Positions 1-11,155 of a DNA stretch of 63,443 nt are shown here, piece after piece. The notes beneath the pieces are model-generated. The model had not been told where the DNA came from and did not search any database. It saw only the letters and a list, made by a program, of their open reading frames with translations. Origin of the DNA: Candidatus Pacebacteria bacterium CG_4_10_14_0_8_um_filter_42_14 (GTDB lineage: Bacteria; Patescibacteriota; Microgenomatia; UBA1400; PJMF01); assembly GCA_002784625.1 (NCBI GenBank), contig PFLP01000005.1, positions 1 through 63,443 on the forward strand, given 5' to 3'. Position numbers and translations under genes: made by a program. How positions within the stretch are numbered: position 1 is the stretch's first letter; each line of letters opens with the position of its first letter.

Positions 1-627
<627 letters not shown>

Positions 628-743
628 CTAAGGAGTAAGGGTTTAGAGAATCACGCCTCTTTTCTCCCATAACTGGCAACGGTTATGAAAACTACCAAAT
701 CCTATGGACATATGTGCCTAGGTCGGTGGCTCTACCACCATGT

Positions 744-772
744 TTGATTCAGTAAAAATTGTTCTATATAAT
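744..772 (+). promoter_or_regulatory. sigma-70-type promoter upstream of clpB
   Basis: TTGATT (744-749), 17-nt spacer, TATAAT (767-772). ATG at 780 lies 7 nt after the -10. Confidence 0.5.
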
Positions 773-779
773 GAGCCTT

Positions 780-3338
780 ATGAACCTCGATAAGCTGACT
801 AACAAGTCCGCCGAGAGCCTTCAAGGCACAATCCAACTCGTCGGAGAACTCAAACAAAGCGAAGCTACTCCTTCGCATCTTGCGTTAGTTTTAACAAAAC
901 AAGCTGGAGGTATCGTTCCATCTTTACTTAGAGCCCTAGATAAAGACCCTGACGCCATCGCCAAAGAGCTTCAAGATGAGATTACTAAGCTTCCAACTGT
1001 CAGTGAGCCCACCCAGGCCAAAATTTCTTCTGATTTACAGAAAGTTTTAGCTGATAGTGAAACTGAAGCCGGTAAACTTCGCGATGAATTTGTTAGTACT
1101 GAGCATCTTTTCTTAGCACTTCTAGATTTGAAAGATATTGCAGAAATATTTGATATTACTAAAAAAGATATCCTTGAAGCTCTAAAATCAGTCCGAGGCT
1201 CTCAGAAAGTTACTGATCGTGATCCAGAGGGAAAATATCAAGCTCTTGAGAAATACACGCTTGATTTCACTGCTCTAGCCCGTGAAGGAAAAATTGATCC
1301 TGTTATTGGTAGAGACGAAGAAATCAGACGTGTCTTACAAATACTGTCGCGGCGCACTAAGAACAATCCTGTTCTAGTTGGCGAACCGGGCACTGGTAAG
1401 ACTGCAATCGTTGAGGGTCTCGCAAAAAAAATTATTGATAACGATGTTCCAGACATGTTACGCAATAAGCGAATCCTCTCGCTTGATCTCGGGGCTCTGA
1501 TAGCAGGTGCCAAATACAGAGGCGAGTTCGAAGATAGACTCAAAGCAGTTATCAAGGAGATCGAGTCCTCTGATGGCGAAATTATTCTATTCATTGATGA
1601 ATTACACACCATTGTCGGTGCTGGCGCTCAAGAAGGGTCAACTGACGCTGGAAACCTTCTAAAACCAGCTTTAGCGAGAGGTGGTCTTCGCACCATTGGG
1701 GCTACTACTCTCAAAGAGTACCGCAAGTATGTCGAAAAAGATGCCGCTCTAGAGAGAAGGTTCCAGCCAGTCATGGTCGAAGAGCCATCCGCAGAAGACG
1801 CCCTATCTATTCTTAGGGGCATAAAAGAAAAGTACGAAGTTCATCACGGAGTCAAAATTAGAGATGCGGCACTTGTTGCCGCTGTGCAACTTTCCAAAAG
1901 ATATATAGCTGATCGATTTTTACCTGACAAAGCCATTGATCTTATCGATGAGGCAGCTTCTGTTCTCAAGATTGAAAATGAAAGTAAGCCAACGGCATTG
2001 GATCAACTTGAGCGAAAAATCAGACAACTGGAAATTGAAAAACAAGCTCTTAAAAAAGAGAAGGATGACGCTTCAAAAAAGCGTCTCCAGGAGCTTGAAA
2101 AACAACTAGCTGAGTTCCAGGGAAGATATAAAGAATTAGAGTTTCATTGGAAAAATGAAAAAGAAGTAATTGATACTATTAAAGCCTCTAGCAAGGAACT
2201 TGATCAGCTCAGAGAGTCTGCCATCCAAGCTGAGCGCAACTACGACTTACAAAAGGTTGCTGAAATAAAATACGGCGAGATACCCAAGATTGAGAAAACG
2301 ATTAAAGAAGCCCAAAAAAAACTCGCCTCTATTCAGAAAGACACAAAGATCTTGAAAGAGGAGGTGACTGAAGAAGATATCGCGGCGATTGTTTCTCGCT
2401 GGACTGGCATTCCTGTCTCGAAAATGCTTTCGTCAGAGACCACGAGACTGCAACACATGGAAGAAGAACTGCAGAAGCGGGTCATAGGTCAAACACAAGC
2501 CATTGAAGCCCTCTCTAATGCAGTACGCAGGTCCCGCGCTGGTATATCCGACGAGAACCGCCCCATGGGATCTTTCATGTTCCTTGGCCCAACTGGCGTT
2601 GGCAAAACAGAAGTCGCCAAAGCCGTAGCTGAATTTCTCTTCGCTGACGAAAGCCGCTTGGTTCGCATTGATATGAGTGAGTACATGGAAAAACATTCTG
2701 TCGCTCGTCTCATTGGCTCTCCTCCCGGTTATGTTGGTTATGAAGAAGGCGGACAACTTACCGAAGCGGTTCGACAGCGCCCTTATACAGTGGTTCTTTT
2801 TGATGAAATAGAAAAAGCAAATCCAGAAGTTTTTAATGTTTTGCTACAACTGCTTGACGACGGAAGATTGACTGATAGTAAAAGTAGGACAGTTGATTTT
2901 AAAAACACCCTAATAATTATGACTTCCAATCTTGGTAGTTCTTTGATTAGCGAATACGCCAATGATCTAGAAAAGCAAGAACAAACTGTACAAGAACTCT
3001 TGAACCAAAACTTTAGACCTGAATTTTTAAATCGTCTCGATGACATCATCATCTTTCAACCACTAACTGAGAAAGAAATTGAGCAAATCGTGGTCTTACA
3101 ACTAGAGCTCGTTCGAAAAAGGCTGGCTAAAAAAGACTTCACAATCTCATTTGACAATTCATTAGTCAATTACCTGGCGAAAACAGGATATGATCCCGTC
3201 TTTGGCGCACGGCCACTGAAGCGGTTAATTCAGTCAAGCGTCCTGGACAAGCTCTCAATGAGTATCATCGACGGCAAACTGAAGTCAGGACAAGCTATCT
3301 CTGTCGGCTACAAAGACAACCAAGTTCAAATCAAGTAG
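780..3338 (+). CDS. clpB: ClpB disaggregase (AAA+ chaperone)
   Basis: ORF-track frame 759-3338 starts at TTG 759. I prefer ATG 780 (MNLDKLT, typical ClpB N-terminus). Two AAA+ modules ([16 protein letters not shown]) are separated by a long coiled-coil middle domain. Confidence 0.95.
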   Translation: MNLDKLTNKSAESLQGTIQLVGELKQSEATPSHLALVLTKQAGGIVPSLLRALDKDPDAIAKELQDEITKLPTVSEPTQAKISSDLQKVLADSETEAGKLRDEFVSTEHLFLALLDLKDIAEIFDITKKDILEALKSVRGSQKVTDRDPEGKYQALEKYTLDFTALAREGKIDPVIGRDEEIRRVLQILSRRTKNNPVLVGEPGTGKTAIVEGLAKKIIDNDVPDMLRNKRILSLDLGALIAGAKYRGEFEDRLKAVIKEIESSDGEIILFIDELHTIVGAGAQEGSTDAGNLLKPALARGGLRTIGATTLKEYRKYVEKDAALERRFQPVMVEEPSAEDALSILRGIKEKYEVHHGVKIRDAALVAAVQLSKRYIADRFLPDKAIDLIDEAASVLKIENESKPTALDQLERKIRQLEIEKQALKKEKDDASKKRLQELEKQLAEFQGRYKELEFHWKNEKEVIDTIKASSKELDQLRESAIQAERNYDLQKVAEIKYGEIPKIEKTIKEAQKKLASIQKDTKILKEEVTEEDIAAIVSRWTGIPVSKMLSSETTRLQHMEEELQKRVIGQTQAIEALSNAVRRSRAGISDENRPMGSFMFLGPTGVGKTEVAKAVAEFLFADESRLVRIDMSEYMEKHSVARLIGSPPGYVGYEEGGQLTEAVRQRPYTVVLFDEIEKANPEVFNVLLQLLDDGRLTDSKSRTVDFKNTLIIMTSNLGSSLISEYANDLEKQEQTVQELLNQNFRPEFLNRLDDIIIFQPLTEKEIEQIVVLQLELVRKRLAKKDFTISFDNSLVNYLAKTGYDPVFGARPLKRLIQSSVLDKLSMSIIDGKLKSGQAISVGYKDNQVQIK

Positions 3339-3373
3339 TTAATTAAATCGTGGTAGAATAAACGTCTTAACTT

Positions 3374-3447
3374 GGGTCGCTAGCTCAGTTGGTTAGAGCG
3401 CAGTCCTGATAAGACTGAGGTCCATGGTTCGAATCCATGGCGACCCA
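3374..3447 (+). tRNA. tRNA-Ile (anticodon GAT)
   Basis: Cloverleaf by hand: acceptor gggtcgc/gcgaccc, D arm gctc-agttggtta-gagc, anticodon arm cagtc-ctGATaa-gactg, T arm catgg-ttcgaat-ccatg. CCA is not encoded. Confidence 0.95.
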
Positions 3448-3460
3448 CCCCATTTCATAC

Positions 3461-3489
3461 TTGCCAATTAGCAGTCTGACAATTAGAAT
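3461..3489 (+). promoter_or_regulatory. sigma-70-type promoter upstream of lon
   Basis: TTGCCA (3461-3466), 17-nt spacer, TAGAAT (3484-3489). ATG at 3498 lies 8 nt after the -10, with no SD between. Confidence 0.5.
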
Positions 3490-3497
3490 GCTAATCC

Positions 3498-5894
3498 ATG
3501 GCTGAAAACCCAAGAACCCCCGGCATAAGCTCAAAGAAAAAGCTACTCGCTAGAGATGCTTCTTCTGTTATGCAGCTACCAGCAATTCCGATTCGAGAAG
3601 GCGTTTTATTTCCAAACACAGAATCAGTTCTTAGTTTTGGAAGACCAATTTCCCTGAAAGCTATCAAGGGAGCTGATAAAGAATCCAAGCTGGTGATTCT
3701 TCTAACTCAGAAAGATAACAAGATCGAGACTCCAAAGCCAAATGACTTATTTGAAGTTGGGACATTAGCAGTCATCGAGCGTTCTCTCGGAGGCGGCGGA
3801 AGTGTTAATGCTCTTGTCAGAGGCATCGGTCGAGTTAAAATCTTAAAGTTTGATCAGGTCGAGCCATTCTTCAAAGTTTCAGCCGTAAAACTTCATGATA
3901 TTGAAGAGGATGATGAGGAAACAAAAGCACTTGTTTCTCATCTACAAAAAGAATTCAGAAAGTCTGTTCTTATGGGCAAGCCTGTTGAGTTTCTGAACTT
4001 CATGAAACTGATGGGCGGGGTAAAGAATGGAGAACTAGTCGATCAAATTGCCAGTACTTTAAATATTTCCTCAAATGAAAAGCAGGAGTTACTTGAAATT
4101 GTCTCAGTGAAACAGCGAATAAAGATGGTTATCCAGCATTTGGCACACGAAATGAAGGTCATGGAGATTGAAAAAGATGTTGTTCACAAAACTCAAAAGA
4201 AATTTGACAAGCACATGAGAGAAAATGTGCTCAGAGAAAGACTTAGAACTATTCAAAAAGAACTTGGAGAAATTGACGAAGAAGAGGAGATGGCAACTGA
4301 GTATGCCTCAAAACTTAAGAAGCTTAAACTTTCGCCGGAAATCAAGAAAAAAGTAACAAAAGAAATTCAGCGACTCAAACAAATGTCTCCACACAATCCA
4401 GAGTCTGGATACGTTCGCTCATGGCTTGAAACTTTTTTTGAATTACCTTGGGGCAAAAAATCAAAAAGCTCAGCTGATATTAAAAAAGCTAAAGCGATAC
4501 TCGAAAAGAATCATTACGGCTTAGAGAAAGTTAAAGACAGAATTCTTGAATACATCGCAGTTTTAACATTGAAGCAAAAGTTATCAAGAACAAAAGATAC
4601 TCAGCTTCCAACTATTTTATGTTTTGTTGGACCACCGGGAGTGGGGAAAACCAGCATCGGAAAATCAATCGCCGAAAGCTTGGGTCGCAAATTCACCAAA
4701 ATTTCTCTTGGAGGAATTCGAGATGAGGCAGAAATTCGAGGTCACCGAAGAACATACGTCGGCGCTCTTCCTGGAAAAATAATCACTGGTATAAAGCAAG
4801 CTGGAAGCTGCAATCCAGTTTTCATGCTCGACGAAATTGATAAAATTGGCAATGATTTTCGTGGCGATCCGTCTGCAGCTCTCCTTGAAGCTCTCGACCC
4901 AGAACAAAATTTTTCTTTTGAAGATCACTACTTGGACGTTCCCTTTGATTTGTCTGACGTAATTTTCATTACCACTGCCAACACCTTAGACACCATTCCT
5001 CCAGCATTGCGTGATCGCTTGGAAATCATTAGATATACAGGCTACACTCAAGAAGAAAAATTCCAAATCGCCAAAAAACATTTGCTAAAGAAAGTTCTAA
5101 AAGCAAATGGCATGACTGAAAAACAACTATCGCTTTCAGACTCAGTAATCAAGATGCTTATTTCTCGCTACACCAGGGAAGCTGGAGTTAGAGAGTTAGA
5201 ACGCACCATGAGTGCCGTCTCACGAAAAGCTGCGAGAAAAATTGTTGAAACTGCAAAAAAAATCACCAAGGCTTTAGAACTATCGCCGAAAATTATCAAA
5301 GACTTTTTAGGTCCTGAAATGTTCGATGAAACCATTACCGAGAAAGAAGACCAGGTTGGCTTAGCAACTGGATTAGCCTGGACTAGTGTTGGTGGCGACA
5401 TGTTATTTATTGAAGTGGTTTTAACACCTGGCAAGGGCAAAGTTCAGCTGACTGGCAAGCTTGGGGACGTCATGAAAGAATCAGCCCAAGCAGCCCTAAC
5501 TTATGTAAAGTCTCAAGCCAAATCACTTCATATCGACCAACAAGTCATTGAAGCCACTGACGTCCACATTCACGTTCCAGAGGGGGCAATTCCTAAGGAT
5601 GGACCTTCGGCTGGCGTTACGATGGTAACTGCAATTGTTTCAGCCTTTACCAAAGTCCCCGTCAAAAGAAGCGTGGCTATGACAGGAGAAGTCACCTTGC
5701 GCGGCCGTGTGCTCCGCATTGGTGGTTTGAAAGAAAAAAGCATCGCCGCTCATCGAGCCGGCAGCACTGACGTTATCATTCCTGCGGAAAACGAGCGCGA
5801 TCTTATTGATATGCCGGAAAGCGTTAAAAAAACCATTACCTTTCATCCCGTCGCTACCGTTGATCAGGTGCTTAAGCTCGCCTTAGCCAAGTAG
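3498..5894 (+). CDS. lon: Lon protease (LonA type)
   Basis: N-terminal LON domain, Walker [10 protein letters not shown], and protease domain with [11 protein letters not shown] catalytic Ser and a downstream Lys ([14 protein letters not shown]). Confidence 0.95.
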   Translation: MAENPRTPGISSKKKLLARDASSVMQLPAIPIREGVLFPNTESVLSFGRPISLKAIKGADKESKLVILLTQKDNKIETPKPNDLFEVGTLAVIERSLGGGGSVNALVRGIGRVKILKFDQVEPFFKVSAVKLHDIEEDDEETKALVSHLQKEFRKSVLMGKPVEFLNFMKLMGGVKNGELVDQIASTLNISSNEKQELLEIVSVKQRIKMVIQHLAHEMKVMEIEKDVVHKTQKKFDKHMRENVLRERLRTIQKELGEIDEEEEMATEYASKLKKLKLSPEIKKKVTKEIQRLKQMSPHNPESGYVRSWLETFFELPWGKKSKSSADIKKAKAILEKNHYGLEKVKDRILEYIAVLTLKQKLSRTKDTQLPTILCFVGPPGVGKTSIGKSIAESLGRKFTKISLGGIRDEAEIRGHRRTYVGALPGKIITGIKQAGSCNPVFMLDEIDKIGNDFRGDPSAALLEALDPEQNFSFEDHYLDVPFDLSDVIFITTANTLDTIPPALRDRLEIIRYTGYTQEEKFQIAKKHLLKKVLKANGMTEKQLSLSDSVIKMLISRYTREAGVRELERTMSAVSRKAARKIVETAKKITKALELSPKIIKDFLGPEMFDETITEKEDQVGLATGLAWTSVGGDMLFIEVVLTPGKGKVQLTGKLGDVMKESAQAALTYVKSQAKSLHIDQQVIEATDVHIHVPEGAIPKDGPSAGVTMVTAIVSAFTKVPVKRSVAMTGEVTLRGRVLRIGGLKEKSIAAHRAGSTDVIIPAENERDLIDMPESVKKTITFHPVATVDQVLKLALAK

Positions 5895-5914
5895 TTGCAT
5901 GCTACACTACAGTA

Positions 5915-6811
5915 ATGAAACGGTTTCTTATTGTTATTGTGGCCAGCCTATTCCTAAGTGGCTGCTCCATTTTAGACAAAAACACCACCGCCGGCTTACA
6001 AGTCATCACCAATGACAAACCTAGCTCTGTTTTCTTAGATGGTCAATTTCTAGAAAAAGCTCCTCTCATAGAAAAAAATATTAAACCAGGCACGTATGGA
6101 GTCAGAATTGAGCCCGATGATCCAACCCTGGTACCTTACGAAACCTCTGTGACTTTGCGAAAGGGTCTACTGACCGTTATTACTTGGAAACCAGACACCA
6201 GGCCAGAACTTAGCGGTGGCGTAATCTATGAGATGGAACCATTAAAAAATAAACAGCAGTCTGAAGTTTCCTTCATTACTATTCCCGATGGAGCCATTGT
6301 GGCTCTAGACGGTCACGAAAAAGAATTTGCGCCAGTCATAGTTCCCGGTGTGGATCCTGGTCAGCATGAATTCGAAATAACTCTACCGTCTTACGAATCT
6401 CAGCAGCACACAATTAATGTTGTCCAGGGATATAGAATGATAGTCAGAGTGAAACTTGCTAAACTGGAAGCTATACCTGAATCAGAAATGGAGCCTCCCG
6501 TCAGTGAAGTTGAAGCAGCGACTCAACCACCAGCAGACACAACTGAACCTCTTGACATTAAACAAGCCAGTCCTAGCGCGGAAGCTAGCCCGAGCGGACA
6601 GTTGGTTCGAATCTTGCCAACCAACTTCTTCCAGGACGATAGAGAAGTACTCAGAGTCAGGAGTCAACCTAGCACTGAAAGCGCTACCGCTGGGTTTGTA
6701 GAAGCTAACTCTACTCATACTCCGGGCGGAGAAGCCAAGCTTGGCTGGAATAGCATCATCTACAACGGCGCTCTAGGCTGGGTTAGCAGTGATTACTCCA
6801 GACTCGAGTGA
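5915..6811 (+). CDS. lipoprotein with PEGA-type beta-sandwich repeats and a C-terminal SH3b-like domain
   Basis: Lipobox LFLSGC. Two PEGA-like segments (VFLDGQFLEKAP..GTYGVRIE and IVALDGHEKEFAP..GQHEFEITLP). C-terminus LRVRSQPS...GWVSSDYSRLE resembles bacterial SH3. Confidence 0.65.
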   Translation: MKRFLIVIVASLFLSGCSILDKNTTAGLQVITNDKPSSVFLDGQFLEKAPLIEKNIKPGTYGVRIEPDDPTLVPYETSVTLRKGLLTVITWKPDTRPELSGGVIYEMEPLKNKQQSEVSFITIPDGAIVALDGHEKEFAPVIVPGVDPGQHEFEITLPSYESQQHTINVVQGYRMIVRVKLAKLEAIPESEMEPPVSEVEAATQPPADTTEPLDIKQASPSAEASPSGQLVRILPTNFFQDDREVLRVRSQPSTESATAGFVEANSTHTPGGEAKLGWNSIIYNGALGWVSSDYSRLE

Positions 6812-8526
6812 TGAGAAACAAGCTGCTCCTGCTGCCGGCTTCAACCTGGGTTTTCTTTCTTTTTTGGATTTTATATTTTGGTTTTTTTTGGTCGTATGTG
6901 GTTGTCGAAAAACCAGACGGAGCAGTATTTGCCCAAAACATCAATGTTTGGGGAGACTGGGCAGTTCACTATACAATTGGCTCAGCATTTGCTTTCAGAA
7001 CACTTTCACCGGTAAATGGACCATTACTGATTGGCGAACCCCTGCAATACCCATTCTTAGCTGACTGGATATCTGGAATTTTAATCAGATTTGGGATGCC
7101 ATTTTTTCAGGCATTCATCACACCAAGCTTTATTTTTTCACTACTCACTGTAGCCAGCCTCTATTATTTTTACTACGTACTCAGTAAATCTCATCTTCTT
7201 GCCAAGCTTGCAAGCTTGATATTTTTATTAAATGGTGGTCTTGGATTTCTGTATTTTTTCGTTGATGCTTGGCAAAGCAATTCATTTTTAAAATTTCTAA
7301 TAAATTTGCCTAGAGAATACACCAGAATGCCGGAGCTTGGAATTCAGTGGATTTCTGTAATTCAAAGTATGATCATTCCTCAACGATCTTTTACTTTTGG
7401 ATTTCCAATCGCATTATTGTTGCTCAGTTTATTTTATAAATCTTTTTTAACTGCAAAAAAAACTCCCTCACTAGTTGCTACATTGACTCTAGTATTTGGT
7501 CTTAGCCTCCAGCCTCTTTTGCACACTCATAGCTACATTGCCGCTGGTCTCATTATGAGCAGCTGGAGTTTGCTTCATCTTTCAAAACAAAAAACACGCA
7601 CTGCAATATGGCGAGCAGTATTAAGATTGGGGTTACTCGGGGGAGTAGTTTCAATCTTTGCAAACTTGATTCTAGTATTTTTTCTGGACGCTCAATCAAA
7701 ATTCAGTTTTATTAAATGGTTCCCTGGCTGGTACGCAAGTGATCTTGGAGTTTCTCCAATCAATTTTTGGATTCAGAACTGGGGGCCAACTCTGGTCGTC
7801 GGCTTGCTTTTATTTATCTTAACTTTTTTCATCAGCAAAAAAGAAAGATTAACTCACTTGCTCACTTTTGGACCATTTATTTTGTTGTTCATTCTCCCAA
7901 ACTTGTTTTTATTCCAGCCCTGGATTTGGGACAACACAAAACAATTTATATGGTCATCTGTTGGCATATCTTTGCTTGCAGCAAATGGAATAATGGTTCT
8001 CTGGAAACAAAATCGCATAAAAATGCTTGCTAAATTTTCAGCTGCCATCTTACTTATTTGCATGACTCTTTCTGGAGGAATTGACACTCTTAGAATTATT
8101 GAATTCTCGACCCACAGCTATCAAGAGTACTCAGCCGAAGAAATGGTCTTAGCCGACTGGGTTAATAGTAACACTCCAGCCTCATCAATTTGGATTACGG
8201 GCGACCCTCACAATCACTGGCTTTACAATCTCACTGGCAGACAATCGTTTTTGACATTTAGAGGCTGGCTCTGGTCACACGGCTATGACTACTACTCTAA
8301 GGAAACAGAGCTACGTAACTTCTTCCACGATCCTGGATCAAATAATTTACAAGAAAAATATGGGGTTACTAACGCTGTAGTTGGACCAAATGCCATTCGC
8401 GTCTGGGACGCCAATGTCGCTGATTTTGAGAAATATTACAAAGTAATTTATAAAACTGAAAACTATGCGCTTTTCGATCTTACCCATCGACTCGCGCCGC
8501 CTCCAGAACCTTGGAAAACTGAGTAG
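6808..8526 (+). CDS. polytopic membrane protein, possibly a GT-C-fold (ArnT/PMT-like) glycosyltransferase
   Basis: 572-aa ORF with about 12 hydrophobic helices and a soluble C-terminal part. ATGA overlap with the upstream lipoprotein gene. The function call is weak. Confidence 0.55.
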   Translation: MMRNKLLLLPASTWVFFLFWILYFGFFWSYVVVEKPDGAVFAQNINVWGDWAVHYTIGSAFAFRTLSPVNGPLLIGEPLQYPFLADWISGILIRFGMPFFQAFITPSFIFSLLTVASLYYFYYVLSKSHLLAKLASLIFLLNGGLGFLYFFVDAWQSNSFLKFLINLPREYTRMPELGIQWISVIQSMIIPQRSFTFGFPIALLLLSLFYKSFLTAKKTPSLVATLTLVFGLSLQPLLHTHSYIAAGLIMSSWSLLHLSKQKTRTAIWRAVLRLGLLGGVVSIFANLILVFFLDAQSKFSFIKWFPGWYASDLGVSPINFWIQNWGPTLVVGLLLFILTFFISKKERLTHLLTFGPFILLFILPNLFLFQPWIWDNTKQFIWSSVGISLLAANGIMVLWKQNRIKMLAKFSAAILLICMTLSGGIDTLRIIEFSTHSYQEYSAEEMVLADWVNSNTPASSIWITGDPHNHWLYNLTGRQSFLTFRGWLWSHGYDYYSKETELRNFFHDPGSNNLQEKYGVTNAVVGPNAIRVWDANVADFEKYYKVIYKTENYALFDLTHRLAPPPEPWKTE

Positions 8527-9163
8527 CGTCTAGACTTGCAGTTCCGACTAATACACCGTCGGTGACCAAGAGATACTCATTAACGTCCAATTCATTTACA
8601 CTGCCACCATAAATAACAGGAGAATTAGCAAACATCAACCTAACTTTTTTGACAAAAGCGGAAACAATGTCTACTGATTGATTTTTGCCTGTTCCAATCG
8701 AGCCAACAGGCTCGTAAGCAACAATTAGTGCTTCACTCGAATTGGTCAATAAGGATAGCTGCGAGTCAACAGATTCTTCAGAGACACACAAAATAGGAGT
8801 AATTCCAGTTATTCCAAGCATTTCTATCTTCTTCAGCACTAACTCGTCAGTTTCTCCCAAATATCGACGGCGCTCTGAGTGACCAACAATGCAGTATTTC
8901 ACCCCAAATTCTTTAAGTTGGTCGGCGGCTACTTCGCCAGTGTAAGCCCCCATTGGAAATGGACTTACATCCTGCGCAGCTAATTCGATTGGCAAATTAC
9001 GGCGCGTAATTTCTTCGCGAGCAACAGCGAGAAGATGATAGGGAACCGCTACAATAACTTTCTCAATCGAGCTTGTGGTTAGCTCTCCCAGGTCATCAAA
9101 CCAGGATCTAAGCGATTCTCGCGTCTTATTTGATTTTAGGTTAGCTATGATAAATCTGTTCAT
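8480..9163 (-). CDS. tpiA: triosephosphate isomerase
   Basis: Motifs NLKSN, IVGHSERR, YEPVGSIGTG and YGGSV. Short form of 227 aa. Confidence 0.9.
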   Translation of the reverse strand: MNRFIIANLKSNKTRESLRSWFDDLGELTTSSIEKVIVAVPYHLLAVAREEITRRNLPIELAAQDVSPFPMGAYTGEVAADQLKEFGVKYCIVGHSERRRYLGETDELVLKKIEMLGITGITPILCVSEESVDSQLSLLTNSSEALIVAYEPVGSIGTGKNQSVDIVSAFVKKVRLMFANSPVIYGGSVNELDVNEYLLVTDGVLVGTASLDATQFSKVLEAARVDG

Positions 9164-9200
9164 AGAAACACTATACCACTGGTAATCTCAACATGTTAGG

Positions 9201-11135
9201 ATGGTGGCCGTGCCTTTGTCACTGGAAAAACTCAACGCTGAACAAAAGAAAGCTGTCATACACACAGACGGACCAGCGATTGTGTTGGCTGGAGCTGGTT
9301 CGGGAAAAACAACGGCTTTAACTTACCGCGCAGCCTGGCTTCTAGAGCAAGGCGAGGAAATCTATCCAGAAAATTTGCTGATCGTTACTTTCACTAATAA
9401 AGCTGCTCACGAAATTCGCGATCGCATCGAAGCTCTCACTGGCCTAACTCTGCCATTATGCGGAACTTTTCACAGCATCTGCGCCAAATTACTTCGCTTT
9501 CACGGCAAATCGATTGGCATTCATCCCTCGTTCACTATTTACGATGCCAACGATCAGCTTTCCCTGATTAAAAGTATCTACAAAAAACACGGATTCGACA
9601 CGAGTGCAACCAATCCCCAGTCGGTAAAGGCAGCGATTTCCAAGGCTAAAAATGAGCTCGAAGGCCCTTCAGATTTTGAGAGAAAAGCCGTCAGCCAATT
9701 TCAACAATTTGCAGCTACGATTTATCGAGCCTACGAACTGGAACTAAAAAAGGCGAGAGCACTAGATTTTGATGATCTGTTATTAAAAGCAATTGCGCTG
9801 CTGAGAACAGATGAAGCTGTCAGAACTAGCTGGCAGCAAAGAGTTAAACATGTACTGATTGACGAATATCAAGATACCAATGCTGCTCAGTATGAATTAT
9901 CGAAACTACTCACCCATCCTCAGAACAATTTGTTCGTAGTTGGTGACTTTTCTCAAAGCATTTACTCATGGAGAGGGGCAGACTATAGAAACATGCTGGC
10001 GCTAAAAACAGACTACCCAGACTGCAAGGAGTATCGCCTAGAACAAAATTATCGTTCCACTCAAGTTATTCTCGATGCCGCTACCAATATTGTTTCAAAA
10101 AATACCCAGCATCCAATTTTGGCACTCTGGACTGAAAACACTGATCAAACAAAAATAACAAAATATACAGCTCAGACGGGTGAGGGTGAAGCGGCTTATG
10201 TCTTGAGGTGCATTGATTCAATTCAAACAAAATATGAACTGCATGATATTGCTATTCTTTATCGCACTAATGCTCAATCACGTCTTTTTGAGGATGCTCT
10301 TTTGAACGCCGGACTTCCATACCAGCTCATCGGAGGAACCAAGTTTTATGATCGAAAGGAAATCAAAGATGTTCTAGCTTATGCTCGGATCATTGCCAAC
10401 TCAGATGATACCGTCGGGAAAAGCCGAGCCAGCAAGCTTGGAAAAAGAAGACTGGCCGCAGTTGAGGAACATCGAGAGATGTTGGAAAAACTCCAGGAAA
10501 CTGAACATCCTGGCAATGTCATCAAAAAGATTCTGGAAATATCTGAGTATTTGAAAAAATATAAATCCGAGCAAGAAGAGGATAAAAGTAGGCTGGAAAA
10601 TATCCAAGAACTTCTTAACGTCGCTTCGCAGTTCACTTCGCTGACCCAGTTTTTAGAGAATATTTCCCTTGTTCAAGATAACCAATTTGCTGACTCTGCT
10701 GGAAAAAAGACTCATCGTGGCGTCAACCTATTAAGCTTACACGGTGCTAAAGGCTTGGAATTTAAAATTGTCTTCCTAGTCGGTTTAGAAGAGGAGTTAT
10801 TACCACATAGTCGCTCTCTCTTAGATCCTGATCAAATGGAGGAAGAGCGCCGTCTTTGTTATGTCGGTATGACAAGAGCGCGAGAAAAACTTTATCTTAC
10901 TCTAGCGATGTCGCGATATATGTTTGGTAGTAGAGGCAATAAACTGCCAAGTCGATTTTTGCGTGACGTTCCAAGCGAGCTAGTTGAAGTGATTGAAGAA
11001 CCAGGTGAATATACTTTACAACCGTTCATGACTTCCAAGCCAATTGGAAATAGACGAACTCTCATCGTTGATGATGACATGTTAGAAGACGTTCTAAGTG
11101 GCAAATTATCTATCGATGCATTCATAGATAGCTAA
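9201..11135 (+). CDS. uvrD: UvrD/PcrA-family ATP-dependent DNA helicase
   Basis: LNAEQKKAV, Walker A AGAGSGKT, DEYQDTN, VGDFSQSIYSWRGA, QNYRS, and C-terminal LSLHGAKGLEF..VGMTRAR. The start could be GTG 9210. Confidence 0.9.
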   Translation: MVAVPLSLEKLNAEQKKAVIHTDGPAIVLAGAGSGKTTALTYRAAWLLEQGEEIYPENLLIVTFTNKAAHEIRDRIEALTGLTLPLCGTFHSICAKLLRFHGKSIGIHPSFTIYDANDQLSLIKSIYKKHGFDTSATNPQSVKAAISKAKNELEGPSDFERKAVSQFQQFAATIYRAYELELKKARALDFDDLLLKAIALLRTDEAVRTSWQQRVKHVLIDEYQDTNAAQYELSKLLTHPQNNLFVVGDFSQSIYSWRGADYRNMLALKTDYPDCKEYRLEQNYRSTQVILDAATNIVSKNTQHPILALWTENTDQTKITKYTAQTGEGEAAYVLRCIDSIQTKYELHDIAILYRTNAQSRLFEDALLNAGLPYQLIGGTKFYDRKEIKDVLAYARIIANSDDTVGKSRASKLGKRRLAAVEEHREMLEKLQETEHPGNVIKKILEISEYLKKYKSEQEEDKSRLENIQELLNVASQFTSLTQFLENISLVQDNQFADSAGKKTHRGVNLLSLHGAKGLEFKIVFLVGLEEELLPHSRSLLDPDQMEEERRLCYVGMTRAREKLYLTLAMSRYMFGSRGNKLPSRFLRDVPSELVEVIEEPGEYTLQPFMTSKPIGNRRTLIVDDDMLEDVLSGKLSIDAFIDS

Positions 11136-11155
11136 CGACCCAGTAAGCCTCTATA

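Noticed and set aside
668-687. Hairpin cataac-tggcaacg-gttatg just after the 16S 3' end, considered as an rRNA operon terminator
   Set aside because: The stem is only 6 bp and no U tract follows. It could equally be a processing stem, so the evidence is too weak to call.
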